This document shows positions 1 to 14,359 of a stretch of DNA of 64,000 nt, in pieces (position 1 is the stretch's first letter; each line of letters begins with the position of its first letter). The stretch comes from Bugula neritina. Taxonomy: Eukaryota; Animalia; Bryozoa. The notes below the pieces were generated by a model. That model was not told the DNA's origin. It saw only the letters and a program-made list of their open reading frames with translations, and did not search any database. Both the position numbers and the translations under genes were made by a program. The stretch lies in assembly GCA_964035545.1 (NCBI GenBank), contig OZ037773.1:4059751-4123750 (forward strand). The letters run 5' to 3'.

Positions 1-291
1 TTTATTTTAAATTCAGTTTATTAGCTTGTGAACTAAACAAAAAGTTCTATGAATAAAGACATTTGCCTAGCTTGGTGCGTGTTTCACTATTCTCACTCAT
101 AACAAGAGTTTTTACAATAACTCTGTCCAAATACCAACACAAGAATGTTATGCTCCCTCATTCATAACAAGTTTCAGGTCACAAAAAAGTGGCTAACAGC
201 ACACTTGATAATTTAGTTCTTCTACCAGCTTTTAGACTCAATATGCATTATAATGATCAGTGTTTGTGTTAATGTTGATTATATTCTATAG

Positions 292-3010
292 GGATGGTTT
301 CAACAATAATGCGAGACTCTCCCGCTCTTGGTGTTTACTTCTTGACGTATGATTGGCTATGTAAGAGATGGAAAAGAAAAGTAAGTCTATCCTCGTACTT
401 CCTGTGCTGAGTATATAGGTCACATGACTTCCATTTCCTGTGCCAAGTATATAATCGGTCACATGACTCCCACAAATAATTAGGCATTAATTAGTGACAG
501 TTATGGGTTTGCATTAAACAATAATTGGGTATGCAAATTTTCGTGTTTTAAAAAGCAATTTGTATTTGTTTAGTAGTATTTGTGTGATATGTTGTTCTAA
601 ATGCACAAAACTAATAACCGCAAAATAAATGTTTCTTTGACTTAGCTAATTTTTGTAATATATTGAAATAGTTTAAAAATAATAATATTTATAGTAAATT
701 AAATGCACGTCATTTGTTCACGTTTAATTATGCCGCAACAACTGTGCAACATTATACTCTATCCATGTTTGCTTTTTTTACTTGTATGTCTATAAAACCT
801 TTCAGGACACCAGTCAGTGTTCAACAGGAAGTCAGTTGCTAGCAGGTGGCTTGGCGGGCTGTGCATCATGGTCAGTGAATTATCCCGTAGACGTGGTGAA
901 GACTAGAATACAAGCAGGGGGAGTTTACAAGGAGGGTGAGAGTTTTATACTCTGTACTAGTTGTAATGTACATAGTTTACTTTGTAGTGTACAGCATGTG
1001 TAGTATATAGTGTGTGTAGTATATAGTGTGTGTAGTATATAGTGTGTGTAGTATATAGTGTGTGTAGTGTGTAGTGTATAGTGTGTGTAGTATGTAGTGT
1101 GTGTAGTATATAGTGTGTGTAGTATATAGTGTGTGTAGTATATAGTGTATATAGTATATAGTGTGTGTAGTGTGTAGTGTATATAGTATATAGTGTGTGT
1201 AGTGTGTAGTGTATAGTGTGTGTAGCGTATAGCGTGTGTAGTGTATAGTGTGTGTAGTATATAGTATGTGTAGTATATAGTGTGTGTAGTATATAGTGTG
1301 TGTAGTATATAGTGTGTGTAGTATGTAGTGTGTGTAGTATATAGTGTGTGTAGTATATAGTGTGTGTAGTATATAGTGTATATAGTATATAGTGTGTGTA
1401 GTGTATAGTGTGTGTAGTATATAGTGTATATAGTATATAGTGTGTGTAGTATATAGTGTGTGTAGTATATAGAGTATATAGTATATAGTGTGTGTAGTGT
1501 GTAGTGTATAGTGTGTGTAGTATGTAGTGTGTGTAGTATATAGTGTGTGTAGTATATAGTGTGTGTAGTATATAGTGTATATAGTATATAGTGTGTGTAG
1601 TGTGTAGTGTATATAGTATATAGTGTGTGTAGTGTGTAGTGTATAGTGTGTGTAGCGTATAGCGTGTGTAGTGTATAGTGTGTGTAGTATATAGTGTGTG
1701 TAGTATATAGTGTGTGTAGTATATAGTGTGTGTAGTATATAGTGTGTGTAGTATGTAGTGTGTGTAGTATATAGTGTGTGTAGTATATAGTGTGTGTAGT
1801 ATATAGTGTATATAGTATATAGTGTGTGTAGTGTATAGTGTGTGTAGTGTATAGTGTGTGTAGTATATAGTGTGTGTAGTGTATAGTGTGTGTAGTATAT
1901 AGTGTGTGTAGTATATAGTGTGCAACTGTAATGAGTAGTGCATATAGTGAGTAATGTGAACTGTGTATGGCGGTAGTGTGCAGTGAATTGTATTTAGAGT
2001 TGTTGTTCCTACAATGCCAGTATATATACTCACTAGCCTAGTATAATACTTGTTTGTTGTAGGGAAACTAGTATACAAATACACTGGGTATTTGGACTGC
2101 ATAAAAAAGTCTATTTCAGCTGATGGATACAAAGTCTTTGGTAAAGGTTTGAATGCTGCACTACTCAGGGCGTTTCCTACAAATGCGGCTACATTTTTCG
2201 TAAGTTGCTATGCGTTTCATATCACTTGAAAGATTTTGAAAATTATATACTATTTTCCTGCATGCTTTCTATAGATCTTCATTCAGATAATGTTATAGCA
2301 TTAATGTATAGGAGTCACTTCACCTCTTGCTTACATTGCGTTGAATTGCAACATGCTAAAAATATACAGTTTTAACACACTAGCTGAACTTTTTTAAGCC
2401 AGTGTTATGCAAAAACAATTCCTTAAAGTTTTCCTAATCACTGAAATGGGTGATCTAACAGTGATTCGCTGTGCAGAATTATATATTCTTATAAAATCAC
2501 AGCTTCATCCTGTGTAGTTTGCAGTTTTATTTAAATGTTACAAAGAATCTAATGGCCAAATTTTATTCAACTTTTATAATGTACATATTTGCATGTCATT
2601 GCATCCAGCAAAGTTCAAAAGCTGTGTATAATTTTTAATTACTTCTATAAAATCAGTCTATAAATATATTACTAGCTATAAAACAAGAATTTTAAAATGT
2701 AAACAGGTGTGTGCATACATTTACATGTTTATAAGTGTAATCTATGTTGACTTTTATCTATATTTTGTGTATCTTACATTGACCTACATAATGCCATTTG
2801 TATATGTAGCACTCTCTGTACAACTTCTAACTTTTTAATTACAGTTTTTAAACAGAAAATATACCCACTTTATAGATGATGATCATCATATGCCATTTTT
2901 AACAATGTCAACATTTGAAGTAATATTTATGCCATTTGACAACTTTAACTTATATTTCCTTGCAGACTGTAACCTGGGTGCTTAAGATTCTGGAGCCAAA
3001 ATCTCAATAA
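292..3010 (+). CDS. Mitochondrial carrier (SLC25A29/SLC25A45/SLC25A48-like basic amino acid/carnitine carrier family); 3' part only, 5' exons lie outside the window
   Basis: In-phase exons 292-380 (GMVSTIMRDSPALGVYFLTYDWL), 806-935 (LLAGGLAGCASWSVNYPVDVVKTRIQ, carrier signature PxDxxKxRxQ), 2063-2199 (YTGYLDCIKKSISADGYKVFGKGLNAALLRAFPTNAATFF) and 2966-3010 (stop TAA). All introns GT-AG. Confidence 0.9.
997..1922. repeat. Intronic tandem repeat, ~16-bp unit GTAGTATATAGTGTGT with variants and higher-order blocks
   Basis: Directly visible ~930-bp array inside intron 936-2062. It explains the spurious 391-aa YTTH/HYIL ORF. Confidence 0.97.
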
Positions 3011-3797
3011 AAGAACCCTGTATATAGAAAGTCTATAACTGTTATTACGCACTGTTACATTGCAAATTCTAAATTAATTACGTTGCTTATTATTTTAAAA
3101 AGTGTAATAGAACTTGTGAGATCAAATAAAACGTATAAATACCAATAGACTGCAAAAAAGTAGACCGGCTTGTTTTATTATCTCATGTATTATAGCTTTG
3201 TATAATCAAAGAAATATATTTAATACAAAAAATAAAATGCAATAATATTTATGAAAAAATAAAATTTGATTTAATGACACCTAAATCCAATAAATATTAT
3301 TGCTACAATTTGACAATAAAACCAGCAACAACACAAACTCTACGAATAGAATTCGGTAGGACCAATAATGTTTATTGCGTTCAATTGGGTTTTACCAAAA
3401 ATAGTGCTGACAGAATCAGCAGATATTAAAATGACAAGTCAGAACACGTGCTTGCAGTGCCAGGCAATTCTAGTGTGTCTCGTATACCATAAGGTGTATA
3501 AAAATAGAATCACAACACAAAAAATACGATCGAAACTATACAGTGTTAGTATAGTGATTTTAGAAATTATACAGTTTTGTGTACAGTTCCTGTAGAAACT
3601 ATAGTGCTAGTACAGTCCCTGTAGAAAATATATAGTATTGTGTAGAGTCAGTGTAGAAACTATACAGTGACACAGTCAGTGTATATAGAAGCTATATAGT
3701 GTAACCAAAAGTCAGTATGAAAGTATAACAACATATGTGAAAAGCATAGTTCATACTTTGACTAACGCATGCAGAAATAAACAACTAAATGAAATGT

Positions 3798-6700
3798 TTA
3801 CCAATTTGACTGCCACTCATCACAGCCTGACTCATCATCACTGCTAGGAGTAGAAATAATATAGTATATTTATTGTTATTAACTTATTGTAAAAATTCAT
3901 ATTTTAAAACAATGTTGAATGCAACACTATTTACAATCTTTTTAGCTTAACACACATATGCAGAAATATTTTTAGTAAAACTTACTTCAAATTATGTATT
4001 ATATTTATGTCATGAGAGTAATAAAATCACTAAAAATATTGAAATAATATTATATGGACGAATAAATAAGTGAAATGATAAAAAAGATTAATTTGGGGTA
4101 TAAAAAGAGATAGTAATAAAACAGCTGCTAGCGGAATAAAAGATGCAATTATAGAAAAAAGTATAAGGCATGTTTGATTATATGCAGTTTTGAGGAGAAA
4201 TTCACAAAGAATCACTATTTTAAAATTACAGCAAATCTAAATATTTTGCAGCACAGTTATTTGAGGTTTTAGGACAAAGTTATAATGAAAAAATAAATAA
4301 TATATTTAGAGATAAATCTAAACTGAAGAGTTCAAAATTCATTATAGTACTTTAATGCACAAAAATGAAATCATGCTACATATGAAATCATAACATGCAC
4401 AGATTAAACGCATATTTGCATTTAATTTTTAAAAGTATATTGAAAACAACCAAAAATCCAATACTACAGGACCGAGACTAAATAAAATTTGAAGTTTTTA
4501 GCAAACATAGCCTCAGTGACTAATTAGCCCTGGTTCCATGAGCTAAAGTGTTTTTACCTGCGGTTGTATTCCTTCTTGTCAGTGACACGTAGAACTCTCT
4601 CGATCTTCCCATCCCCTTCACTTTCAGCAAACCATTGCTTACAGACAAACGTATACTCTTCCACTTTGGGTATTACCTGATAATCAGATATTTATGAATT
4701 ACTATTGTATCTGATATAACTATGGAGTCTAAATTCAATATACATGTGAAACAATAATCAAATAGTTTGTTTCCCCATTCAGAATTTCAAAGTTGAATGC
4801 TTACAGTTTACTAATCTATCTAAAATTAAAACAAAAACATTTAAAAGTTGTATTTTAGCAAATGATAGATATAAAATTACATTATTTAACAAACACTGTG
4901 CGTTATAGAAAATCAGTAAGAGACCACAAAGTGTTATAGCACAGTTCCTTTGCCTAGCAACTAATCAACAATATGACAGATGTAATATAGCTGCTGCATA
5001 CAGCATAATGCTTGGTACCAAAACTTAACAGATCATACAAAAACTTACTACAGAAATTTTATTTCAGCACACATAGTAATGGCAGAATATTAGTCTAATA
5101 TATGAACACTTGTGAGGACACATAGTAATGGCAGAATATTAGTCTAGTATATGAACACTAAGTTTTAGGAACAAAATAGAAATTAAATTACTTTGTCGAT
5201 TGTGTCAGAAAGTTTGTCATGTTCTTTCTTCAGCCTTAAAGCCTCTTCAATACTTTTATCAACTGCGGGCATCTCTTCAGAGTCCCATATTGACGTGTCT
5301 TCACTTCCAGTCTATAAAAAAGATTAAAACTAAAGTCTTGCTGAGGTCTAGAGTGATAGTTAATTTATTAGTTATTGGCAATGATAACTTTTCCATTGTA
5401 CCTGTCAGTCAAAATTTGCTGTTTTAGACAGAAAGAAAACTTTTTCGTTATACGTCAAACAGCCATTCAGCAACGAAAATCACCCTCCTAAACTAAACCC
5501 GCTAATTTAAATCTAAATTTGAACAAAAGTTGTTTTTTCGGCTGGTTGATTCTAAACTACGCTAACATTTCAACTATATTATTGCAGAAATCCTGTTTAA
5601 TATCATGAACAATTTATTTACAGTGCTATCTTGATTTCTATCTACATTCATCACCTATGACTCATTACTAAAATGGAACCATGCTCAAACTCAATACAAA
5701 GTTTCCTTAACCAATTTTAAACTCACCTACAAATCACGGTTTGCGAAGTTCCAATTATTTCCACAATGAGTTGAATTTACACTCAATCTCCTAGAATCTC
5801 ATTTTATCTCGCACCAGTAAGTTATTCTCACCTCCGTGATTTCAGCCACGTCTGACAAGTTATCCATTCTCTTCCGCCTTTTCTCCTCCTTCTCTTTCTT
5901 ACGCATGTTGAACTCTAATTGGTTGAAGTCAGAGGCGGAGCCAGTGAGCTCTTCGTCTAGTTCTGACTCTTTTCCATCTTCATCATCAGAGTCACTAAAG
6001 TAAAATATAGATTACCGTAGAGGTAGTGTATTATGGGCTGGCTAAAAACCAATCTGCCGTCGAGTTAAAAATAAACAAGTAAAATTGTGAACTTTATGAG
6101 CAGTTGCCACATATTTAGCCTTATAATATTATGGTGAAATTATAGAAAGTAATATATTGCACTTTTTGTAATAAAGCATGTGAGACGGCAATGAGCAGTT
6201 TTACATGCAACTCATATGAATTAACACAATAAGATACTCCTCCTTGTTTAGAATTTACTGACATTATTTCTCAACAAAATTGTGAAGCAGTAAAAAAACC
6301 AGAATTTAAATAATATTAATTAATGTTTATAGTATCAATTATGTTGGAAAATTTATAAGACAACATAAATAATATGGTCTTCCAATTCCTAAACTACTGC
6401 ATCTAGCAAAATTAAAAACTTTCATATAAAAACATGCAAAATGACACAATATATTAAAAAATAAAACAGGCGTTTTAATTAAATATATGATAAAGCGAAT
6501 ATTTAGTTTCTATTTCTAACCTAGATGACTCATCACTTTGCTTCTTTGCTTTCTTTCCAGCTTGTTGAGATTTTTTCTCTTTCTTGCTTTTCTTTGATTT
6601 TTTAGTTTTACTTTTACTTGAGCTAAAAATTAAATCAGTGATTCTATGAAATTAAAAACATCTAACTTTATTTATTTATTTATTTTAGAAATAAATAAAT

Positions 6701-9700
6701 CAATAATTTTAAGCTTCACAGTTTCAAGAGTTGCATATATAAGCTCATTATTGCTGCACTTAGTTCAGTGGGAGTTACCTACCCACTCATTGACATTGAT
6801 CGGCCAATCACAAATGGTCTCTCTTCTTCAGAGCTCATTGATCCGCTATTAGAACTCCGCCCATCACTCTCATTATCCGAATCTGTAGCTTCAGCTTTTT
6901 TCTTCTTGTTTAGGTCTTTAGAAGAATTTGGCTCTTTTTTCACGCGGGTCTTTACTTCTGTAAACTTGCGTATCAAAACCTAAACACAATTCCATAAAAT
7001 TGTACAGAAAACTCAAATTATTCTTAGAAAAACGATAAGTCATATATTCTGTTTATTGCTTGAGCATGAGAAAAAAGGGAGTGTATGCATGCGTGCGTGT
7101 GTGTGTAAATACGCCTGCATACCTTTTCCAAGTACCAGCCTGCTGCAACTCCCTTGTTATTGTGACCTATTTTAATCTTCTTCAGTTCCCCGACATCAAC
7201 AGTTTTTAACTGTAAAAGAATATAAATTATTACTCATATAGAAAGTTTACACCAACCGGTTCTGCATTTAAAATATGATAAAAAATAACCAAAAATATTA
7301 TGAAGCGGCTTAGGAAACATGGTACCAGGAACATGGTAGCTAATGCATGAACTGACACCGAACAAAATTATTTTTAAATCAACTAAAAACAATAATTTAA
7401 TACATATAAATTGTTGTAATATAGTTTTATATAATTAACCTGGAATATATCAACTTGATTTCTCTCAAAAGGATTGTCGTAGTTGCCTTGGATGTCACTC
7501 AAGTTGATTCGATTTGAATGTGACTCATCTCCATACATCTGTATCAACACGTTAGCATCAGTTCCAGCAAAACCAACGTCTCCAGTGTGGATATTTATTT
7601 CATAGAGTACTTCTTTTCCTTCTAAAAGTATGAGTTGTGTTGTTGTATACAAGCTGTAATAGTACCAAGATATGGAAACTCCATGTTGCTATTTCATGAA
7701 TTTTGATTGTACACTGAGCAATTTGTGAGTCCCTGATTCTAACCAATCATTTCCATCTATTTGTAAAAATAAATCTTACAAAGAAGACAATTTAAAAGAA
7801 AAAATTGTGTTTAAAAAAGTCCAGAAAGAAACACCATTCAATGTTACATAAGAACACAATACTGTGTAACATATAATTCATTCTTTTGTTAGACATATTA
7901 TTATATTAGGTACATTAAATAAATAAAAACCTTTCTATAATATAATAAAGTTATTGGAGGCAGAAAATGTTTCTGTACGCATGAATATTGTTGGGATTTT
8001 CTAGGTAAACAACAATGACTTTAGCTATTTGAAGGTCAGCACTACGCGGCAAGCTAGAGAAGCAAAAAAAGATCTTTAGCTGCTTTCATGTAGAACTATC
8101 AAATGCTTTGAGCTTCAAATATAATATAAGAATAAAAATTTAAATGTTGACAAAATCTTCGTGTAAATTTGGCTTTAAATTATCGGTGAAAGCAACAAGT
8201 TTTAAATACCTTTAGAATTCTGCGTAGTCCAAGAGCCCAAGTCAAAGTTCTCTGGTACTGGAGAACTGGGAATTTCTCTCCACACAGCATTGCCCTCTTC
8301 CTTAACCAACCATTGATTACAGAAAAACAGGTGAGACCTTTTTGCGTAGAGATCTTTTATATAAACTAACAACAGCAACCATCTCCTTGATTTACCTTTA
8401 TCATTGTGTTCAATCCTGCAGATGAAATAACATGCAACACAAAATTAGTACTTAATAAAACTGTTTGAAAGCTTTCTTTCTTTAGATTTGTACTTGATTG
8501 TTAACCTAGTTTACTAAAAAAGTAATACATTTAGTAGAATGACTTTTAATAAAATACAGCACCATTAGTCTGAATTTATTTTGAGTTAGTGACACAACTA
8601 GTCAAAGTCAATAATATGTAAGTGATGACTGATGATCAAGTGATGATTAACTGATGAGTGAATGATGACTAAACCACAACTGACTAACGACTCACTAACA
8701 ACCGGGTGACGACTAACCTGATCTTGGAAAGAGAGCCAACGTCTTCTAGAGAAAGGTTAAAAGTATCAACTGCCCCTCTTTTAAAACAATGCCTATCCTT
8801 ATGACCCAGTAGGCATTTTTTACTTCTGCGACCTTTTGACCCCACCAAAGTCAAGTAGACTTTAGAGTCGGTTCCACTGTGTTTGTGTGCAGCTGTGACA
8901 ACGGTGACTTCATAGTCTACATTACACACACATTCATAATTAGAGATAGACGTACAAGTTAACTTGTGAGAGGCTGCATTTGCTAGATTAGATTTGAAGC
9001 TATGCCTTGATTGTCATATAAAAATACTTGCTTTTGGGGCAGATACATTGAAAAAACTTGTGTTATATACTGAATGATATGTCAAGCAATATCATATAAT
9101 TATTATACAAAGGTAGTGCATAGCAATAAGATAATTGAATGATATACAAGTAACACTGAATAATTTTTTTAATGCAGCTCACTGAAAATTAGTGACTTAC
9201 TTAAGACTATTAGTTATAAGTGAATTAAACAAATGTAAAAACTAAAATATTTTTACATAATTATAGTAATTTTTGAAAGCTAAAATGAAACATACTGCAA
9301 ACATAAATTGAAATATTGTTTGTTCTAAAGTTACCAAACAACTAGATAACATGGACCTATCAAGTTTTTACTAGTAACCAGCAAATTTAATCTGCATAAT
9401 AAATCCTGTAGTAAGTTAATTTGCACCTCGGAATAACTTCTCTTCTTCAGCCGGAACTAGTTTCCTTCCGAGAGATTCTTTGTCGTGGTAGAGTGAGAGC
9501 CAATCAGAGCAGGGGAAATAGTAAGACTTCTTTGTTTTCATGTTGGTGATACGGACGGACTCCAACAACCACGACTGTGACCTTTCGTAACCATCAGTCT
9601 ATAAAATCAAGTTAAATGCTATTGTGTTAATGAAAGATCTTACATGTAGAATGATATTTTAGGACAGGTAACAGATGAAATACAATCTGTCAAACCAATG

Positions 9701-12700
9701 GAAAGTCTTTTTTCACCTGTTATATCAATTGAATGCCCGAGACTTGCTAAATCTAACCATTATAAAAATATTTGCATCAATAAATCATATTTATTGATAT
9801 AATATATTCTATTACACACAAAATCGGAAATGTAATATGAGTAATATGAGTATTTTTTAAAATGTTGTCATAGAATATATTATACTTTACAAAGTGAAAG
9901 TCACTATGGTAAATATAATTGACAAGCTGATAGCTTTCTAATGATACAGAAGGGTGTAAAGTAGCAGTAGACCTATCTGATCATCTTGTTCATGTATTTG
10001 TGAACCATAGAGGCTTCATGGTTACATGGTACAAAGAGAAAACAGACCTCCATGTCAATAGATGTAATTTCTGGAAAGTTCTGAGCAGTAACACTAAAAG
10101 TGTTAGTAGAGTCCCTCATGAAGATAAACTTTGGCCCAGGTTTCTTTAACACAATACGAGGTGTTTTCTGCTTTGGGCTCAAACCATACATGCGCAATGT
10201 TACCTGCAAACACGTAGAATATAGCTCAACTGATATCCAAAAACTCATATAAGTCTCCTAAATTCCAGGAGAGAATAATAATAGCTAGTGTAACACTTAC
10301 TAATAGATGGGGGCGTTCCACGGCCCTTACAAAGCCTTAGCTTATAGACACCTACCAAATGCAGTTACTAAATAAGACCATTGAAACATGTTAATAGCTG
10401 CCAAAACATGTTGATACCTGCTGACACATGTTGATACCTGATGACACATGTTGGAAACTGATGACACATGTTGATACCTGATGAAACATGTGGATAACTG
10501 ATGACACATGTTGATAATTGATGACACATGTTGATACCTAATGACACACACTGATACCTGCTGGTATTCACTGACACATGCCGATACCTGTTGACAAAAT
10601 TTCTCACCTGCTGACACACTTTGAAACCAGCTGACACTATTTTATTAAAATGTCTCAATGTGTACACAATACCCTTTCAATAAGAAATATGACATGAATG
10701 CTCGTGGAACATACCGTTGCATCTGTGCCGCCATTCACCTGACACCCTGTTATGACAGTGACTTTATATATAGCTTGATCTTCTCTAGAGAGAGCCTTTT
10801 TGTCAGATGCTTGTGCATTGAAAGGTCGACAGTACAAGCTCTCTGGCTTGATGGGGTTGTAATATGGGCGTAAGGGTTGACCTTTGACCTTCTTCTCGGA
10901 TTTCTATTAGATACAACAACTATGTAAGAGATGAAAAGGAGAACAAGTATAATTCTAAACAGCCAATGATTGAAAACTACAAAGTTATTTAGTTTTTAAC
11001 ACTAATTTTGAGACATGTTTCAATTTTTAGCAGAGTATGTCAGAGATGAAGGAAAAATAATTCATATTTCAAAAAAGGATGGTCGAAATTTAAAGGAGAA
11101 TTTAGCTTTGAACATTCACTTTTAAAACAACAATCTCAAATCCTTTACCAATTTTGTTCAGAATTTCCAACATCAAGTAATATATTATTCTGACTCTTTT
11201 GGGTATTTAATATAAAATTCTACAATAGAATTAAAGGTGCTTCCTAACATATTTCATTTACTTTATTTTTCTTTCTCACGTGTAGTTGAGAAACTACGTT
11301 AAGATTAATTGAAAACTTTTTCATGAGTTAAATGTAAAAGAAGTGAATAGAAGTAGTTACTACTGATTACCAAGTGCTGCCGGTGCTCTTCTAGAGTTGT
11401 GCAGAGATAGCAGTATCCGTTGATCGGGTCTAGAGCTGGCCCAACATCTAAAACAATATAGTAAGAAGAACACAAATAGTAAACAGTATTATTGTTGTTT
11501 TTTATACTGAGTCAGTGGTTTATATCCAATAAGGGCCAAGTGTAAAGTCAGAAAATCTTTTAGATTGCCAGTGTGCTAAGTAACAGCCTACTAGAATCAA
11601 AGCGCAAGCTTTTTTTACAATAGTGAGACTTTAAATAATTTGCCCATAGTGTACAATTAGTCAGAATTTTAGCATCTTAGATCAAAAACTTCCAAAAAAA
11701 CGACATGTTTCGACCATTTGGAATTTCCCACAAATTACATTCAATAATGTGAAGGATTGTTATGCCTGTCAACAAACACTGTATCAATGCAGACATTTTC
11801 AGAGTTTTGATAGTGTCACAAAAGTTGGTACTAGACAAATAATATAAACAAAATTTTCAGTCATATAGAGAACCTCACATAAGTAACGGTTATTAGTGTC
11901 TGGAGCAATAATGACTTACCCATACTAAAGGTCGGTTTATACCTTAAAGTGGTGAAAGTTATTGCTCACTAGCTGACAGAGAGTGTGTGTCAGCAAAAGT
12001 TAAGTCACCAGTGTATCTATTCATTAGTTCATTCAGTCATTAATTAATAACCAATTATCACAAAACATGCACTGATTTACAGTTTGTACATCAATACACA
12101 AATAGAATGACTATGGAAAGCACATATGAGAATTATGATTTAATCAATACACAGATGACAGAGGGCTGCTACATGATGTGCCTGTAACACTTTACAAACT
12201 TACTTAATCACATTGAAGACAGTTTGTTGTGTAGAATAAGGATATTGTCAACTCAAAATTGTTATTTACTGCATAATGTTTATATTATAACAGTTCATTT
12301 GTGCTAAAATGCTGCTAATTGAGAGGTACTGTTTGAATAAACTTAAACCACGAAGCAACTTTTATTATAGTTGTCATTATTGGGACAAATAGTAACTAAC
12401 TGGTCATCAATAAATGACAGTTGGATAATAACAATTAACAACTATGATGATTCCTATAACCTTCATTATTATTATCACTGCTATTCTGTTGCTTCAATAA
12501 ATGTAAAGATGAATTAGAAATCAAGTAAGAGTTGTCCATTACTAAACAGTAGAGTATTAATAACTTACTAAAGTAAACTCTAATTCTGATAAGATCAGAT
12601 ATTATCATATGCTTATAGTAACATAAGTTTGGAAATCAGAGTTATTAAGCAATCACTGTGATACAGCAACAGTATGAGTTTTGATTACATAAAGTTTAGC

Positions 12701-14359
12701 TCCACTTAAAAAAAGTAAATATGCCTGAATTTATACAAGCAGTGGCAATTTTTTTAAACTTTTATTCACATGCATTCATTTATATAGAAAACATTCATTT
12801 ATGTAGAGGATACAACTGCTAAAGCCCACATCTTTTCCAAACCTGAAAAATCTTTCGTCTAACCACACCCACTTTGTAAAAATGGTATTTTGGTACGTCA
12901 ATCTCACTTTCAATATCTGTGGTCGACGTAACATCCCTTATAGCTCCATATTGTAAACAAGTTACGCTTCACACTGGCTCCAACATACCACAATTTTTCA
13001 TTTAGGGGCAGTAGCGGAGGAATTGAGATAGCCTAAGCTCAATTTTATTATTAAATTTTGGTTTGGAAACATAACTTCTTTTGTTACATTTCTAATCTAG
13101 AACACAGGCTTTTCTCAATTTCTCTATTACTGCACCTACGTCCAATTTTTAAGAAAGTTACATAAACTGTTTCAGTATTACTTAGACTAACCAGTTCTGT
13201 TGTCAATATCTTCTAAATCAAAATAATCTTTCTTAGCACTGTCCAAGCTTCCTGTGTACTTGATTCTTGTCTCGCGGCACTGCCATCTTGTGTTCGGAGG
13301 ATCTAGAATGAAAGGTGCGAGTAAAGCAGATTACATGAAGTTAAAACATAATTGATATTTTACTTAATTCAAAGGCTGAATAGACAATGATTTGTGACTA
13401 GGAATAATTAATAAAGAGTGTCCAGTTTATTTAAAAACTAGATAAAAGTTTGAAAAACGCTTTTGCTTAGAATTTCATGGCAAAATTAATTATATGCTAG
13501 AGTAATGGGGTGACAACTGCTAAGGAGAATTGACTTAGGTTTGAAGTTGCTTCCCTCTAGAAACTAAGGATTTTATCATTGCATCTGTTCTAAATACTAT
13601 AGTTATAAGCCTCAAGTCTACTGTTTAAACAAATGTAAAATATAATCATTCAGTATCCCACCTGAGTGAACACTGCCACTATCATCCCATTCGCCCTCAA
13701 GTTCTTCAGCTTTCGCTTTTCTCAACTCCTTTTCAATGTTGTCAGCTTTGACTCTAAGATAGGACTCGCTGATTTGCTGCTGATTGCGACGACATAACGC
13801 CGTCAGCTGATTGCTGTAAAGGTCAGGGTTAACAGGCCCCACAGAGGTCAACCTCATGTTGTCACTCAACCTAGAGATATGATGATGCAGCATAAAATGA
13901 AACTCAAGTCTTCGAACACGGAAAAATTGACTGATTAACAAATCCCAAGAAGTGATGAAAATAGACAGGAAATGGTTAAATTTATATCATTACCACTATT
14001 CAATTACTTTAATATAACATCATCGTTAACATAATGTATTTTGAGTAGATATGTACATTGTTTCGAAACAAGAGTAGTCAAAGACGTGGAAATTTTTAAC
14101 AAATTTGTGATTTTAAACACATGAAACATAGAACCGAATTTATTTGCTTTGGCATTCAATTATATTAGGGATAGTTTTATTACTACTACTTGCTTGCTAT
14201 TTCAACTTAGCATAGCAGTGCTATTTGGAAGGCATTTAGACATCAACATGATACTCACCCTGTGCCAGAGTAAGGGGCGTAATGAGTGTCTCCTGGTGAT
14301 AACCAATCACTAACTTTAGAATCAGCTTTAGGAATGAGTCTAGGCTTAGTTTGATGCAT
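3798..14359 (-). CDS. PLAT/LH2-domain protein (LOXHD1-like, three PLAT domains, unique N-terminus)
   Basis: Phase-consistent exons, approx.: 14259-14359 (MHQTKPRL), 13662-13870, 13192-13302, 11371-11447, 10715-10903 (YKVTVITGCQVNGGTDAT), 10048-10203, 9427-9598 (WLLESVRI..YYFPCSDWL), 8718-8916 (YEVTVVTAAHKHSGTDSKVYLTLVG..FKRGAVDTF), 8210-8415, 7440-7621 (YEINIHTGDVGFAGTDANVLIQMYG..FERNQVDIF), 7123-7209 (IGHNNKGVAAGWYLEK), 6783-6979, 6521-6622, 5832-5995, 5192-5311, 4558-4676 (YTFVCKQWFAESEGDGKIER) and 3798-3843. An alternative stop at 4554 applies if the last intron is retained. Confidence 0.85.
10385..10635. repeat. Intronic minisatellite, 20-bp unit TGACACATGTTGATACCTGA
   Basis: About a dozen degenerate tandem copies, ~80 bp into the intron after the donor at 10714. 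Confidence 0.92.

Noticed and set aside
957-2132. 391-aa Y/T/H-rich ORF on the minus strand
   Set aside because: Stop-free reading of an intronic tandem repeat, antisense to the carrier gene. No coding evidence.
5069-5160. 49-bp two-copy tandem duplication in a PLAT-gene intron
   Set aside because: Real but trivial, with no TE hallmarks.
10385-10635. CRISPR-like appearance of the 19-25-bp repeat arrays (here and at 17.9, 22.9, 53.1, 53.6 and 54.8 kb)
   Set aside because: Contiguous tandem units without unique spacers, no cas genes, and a eukaryotic intronic/UTR context.
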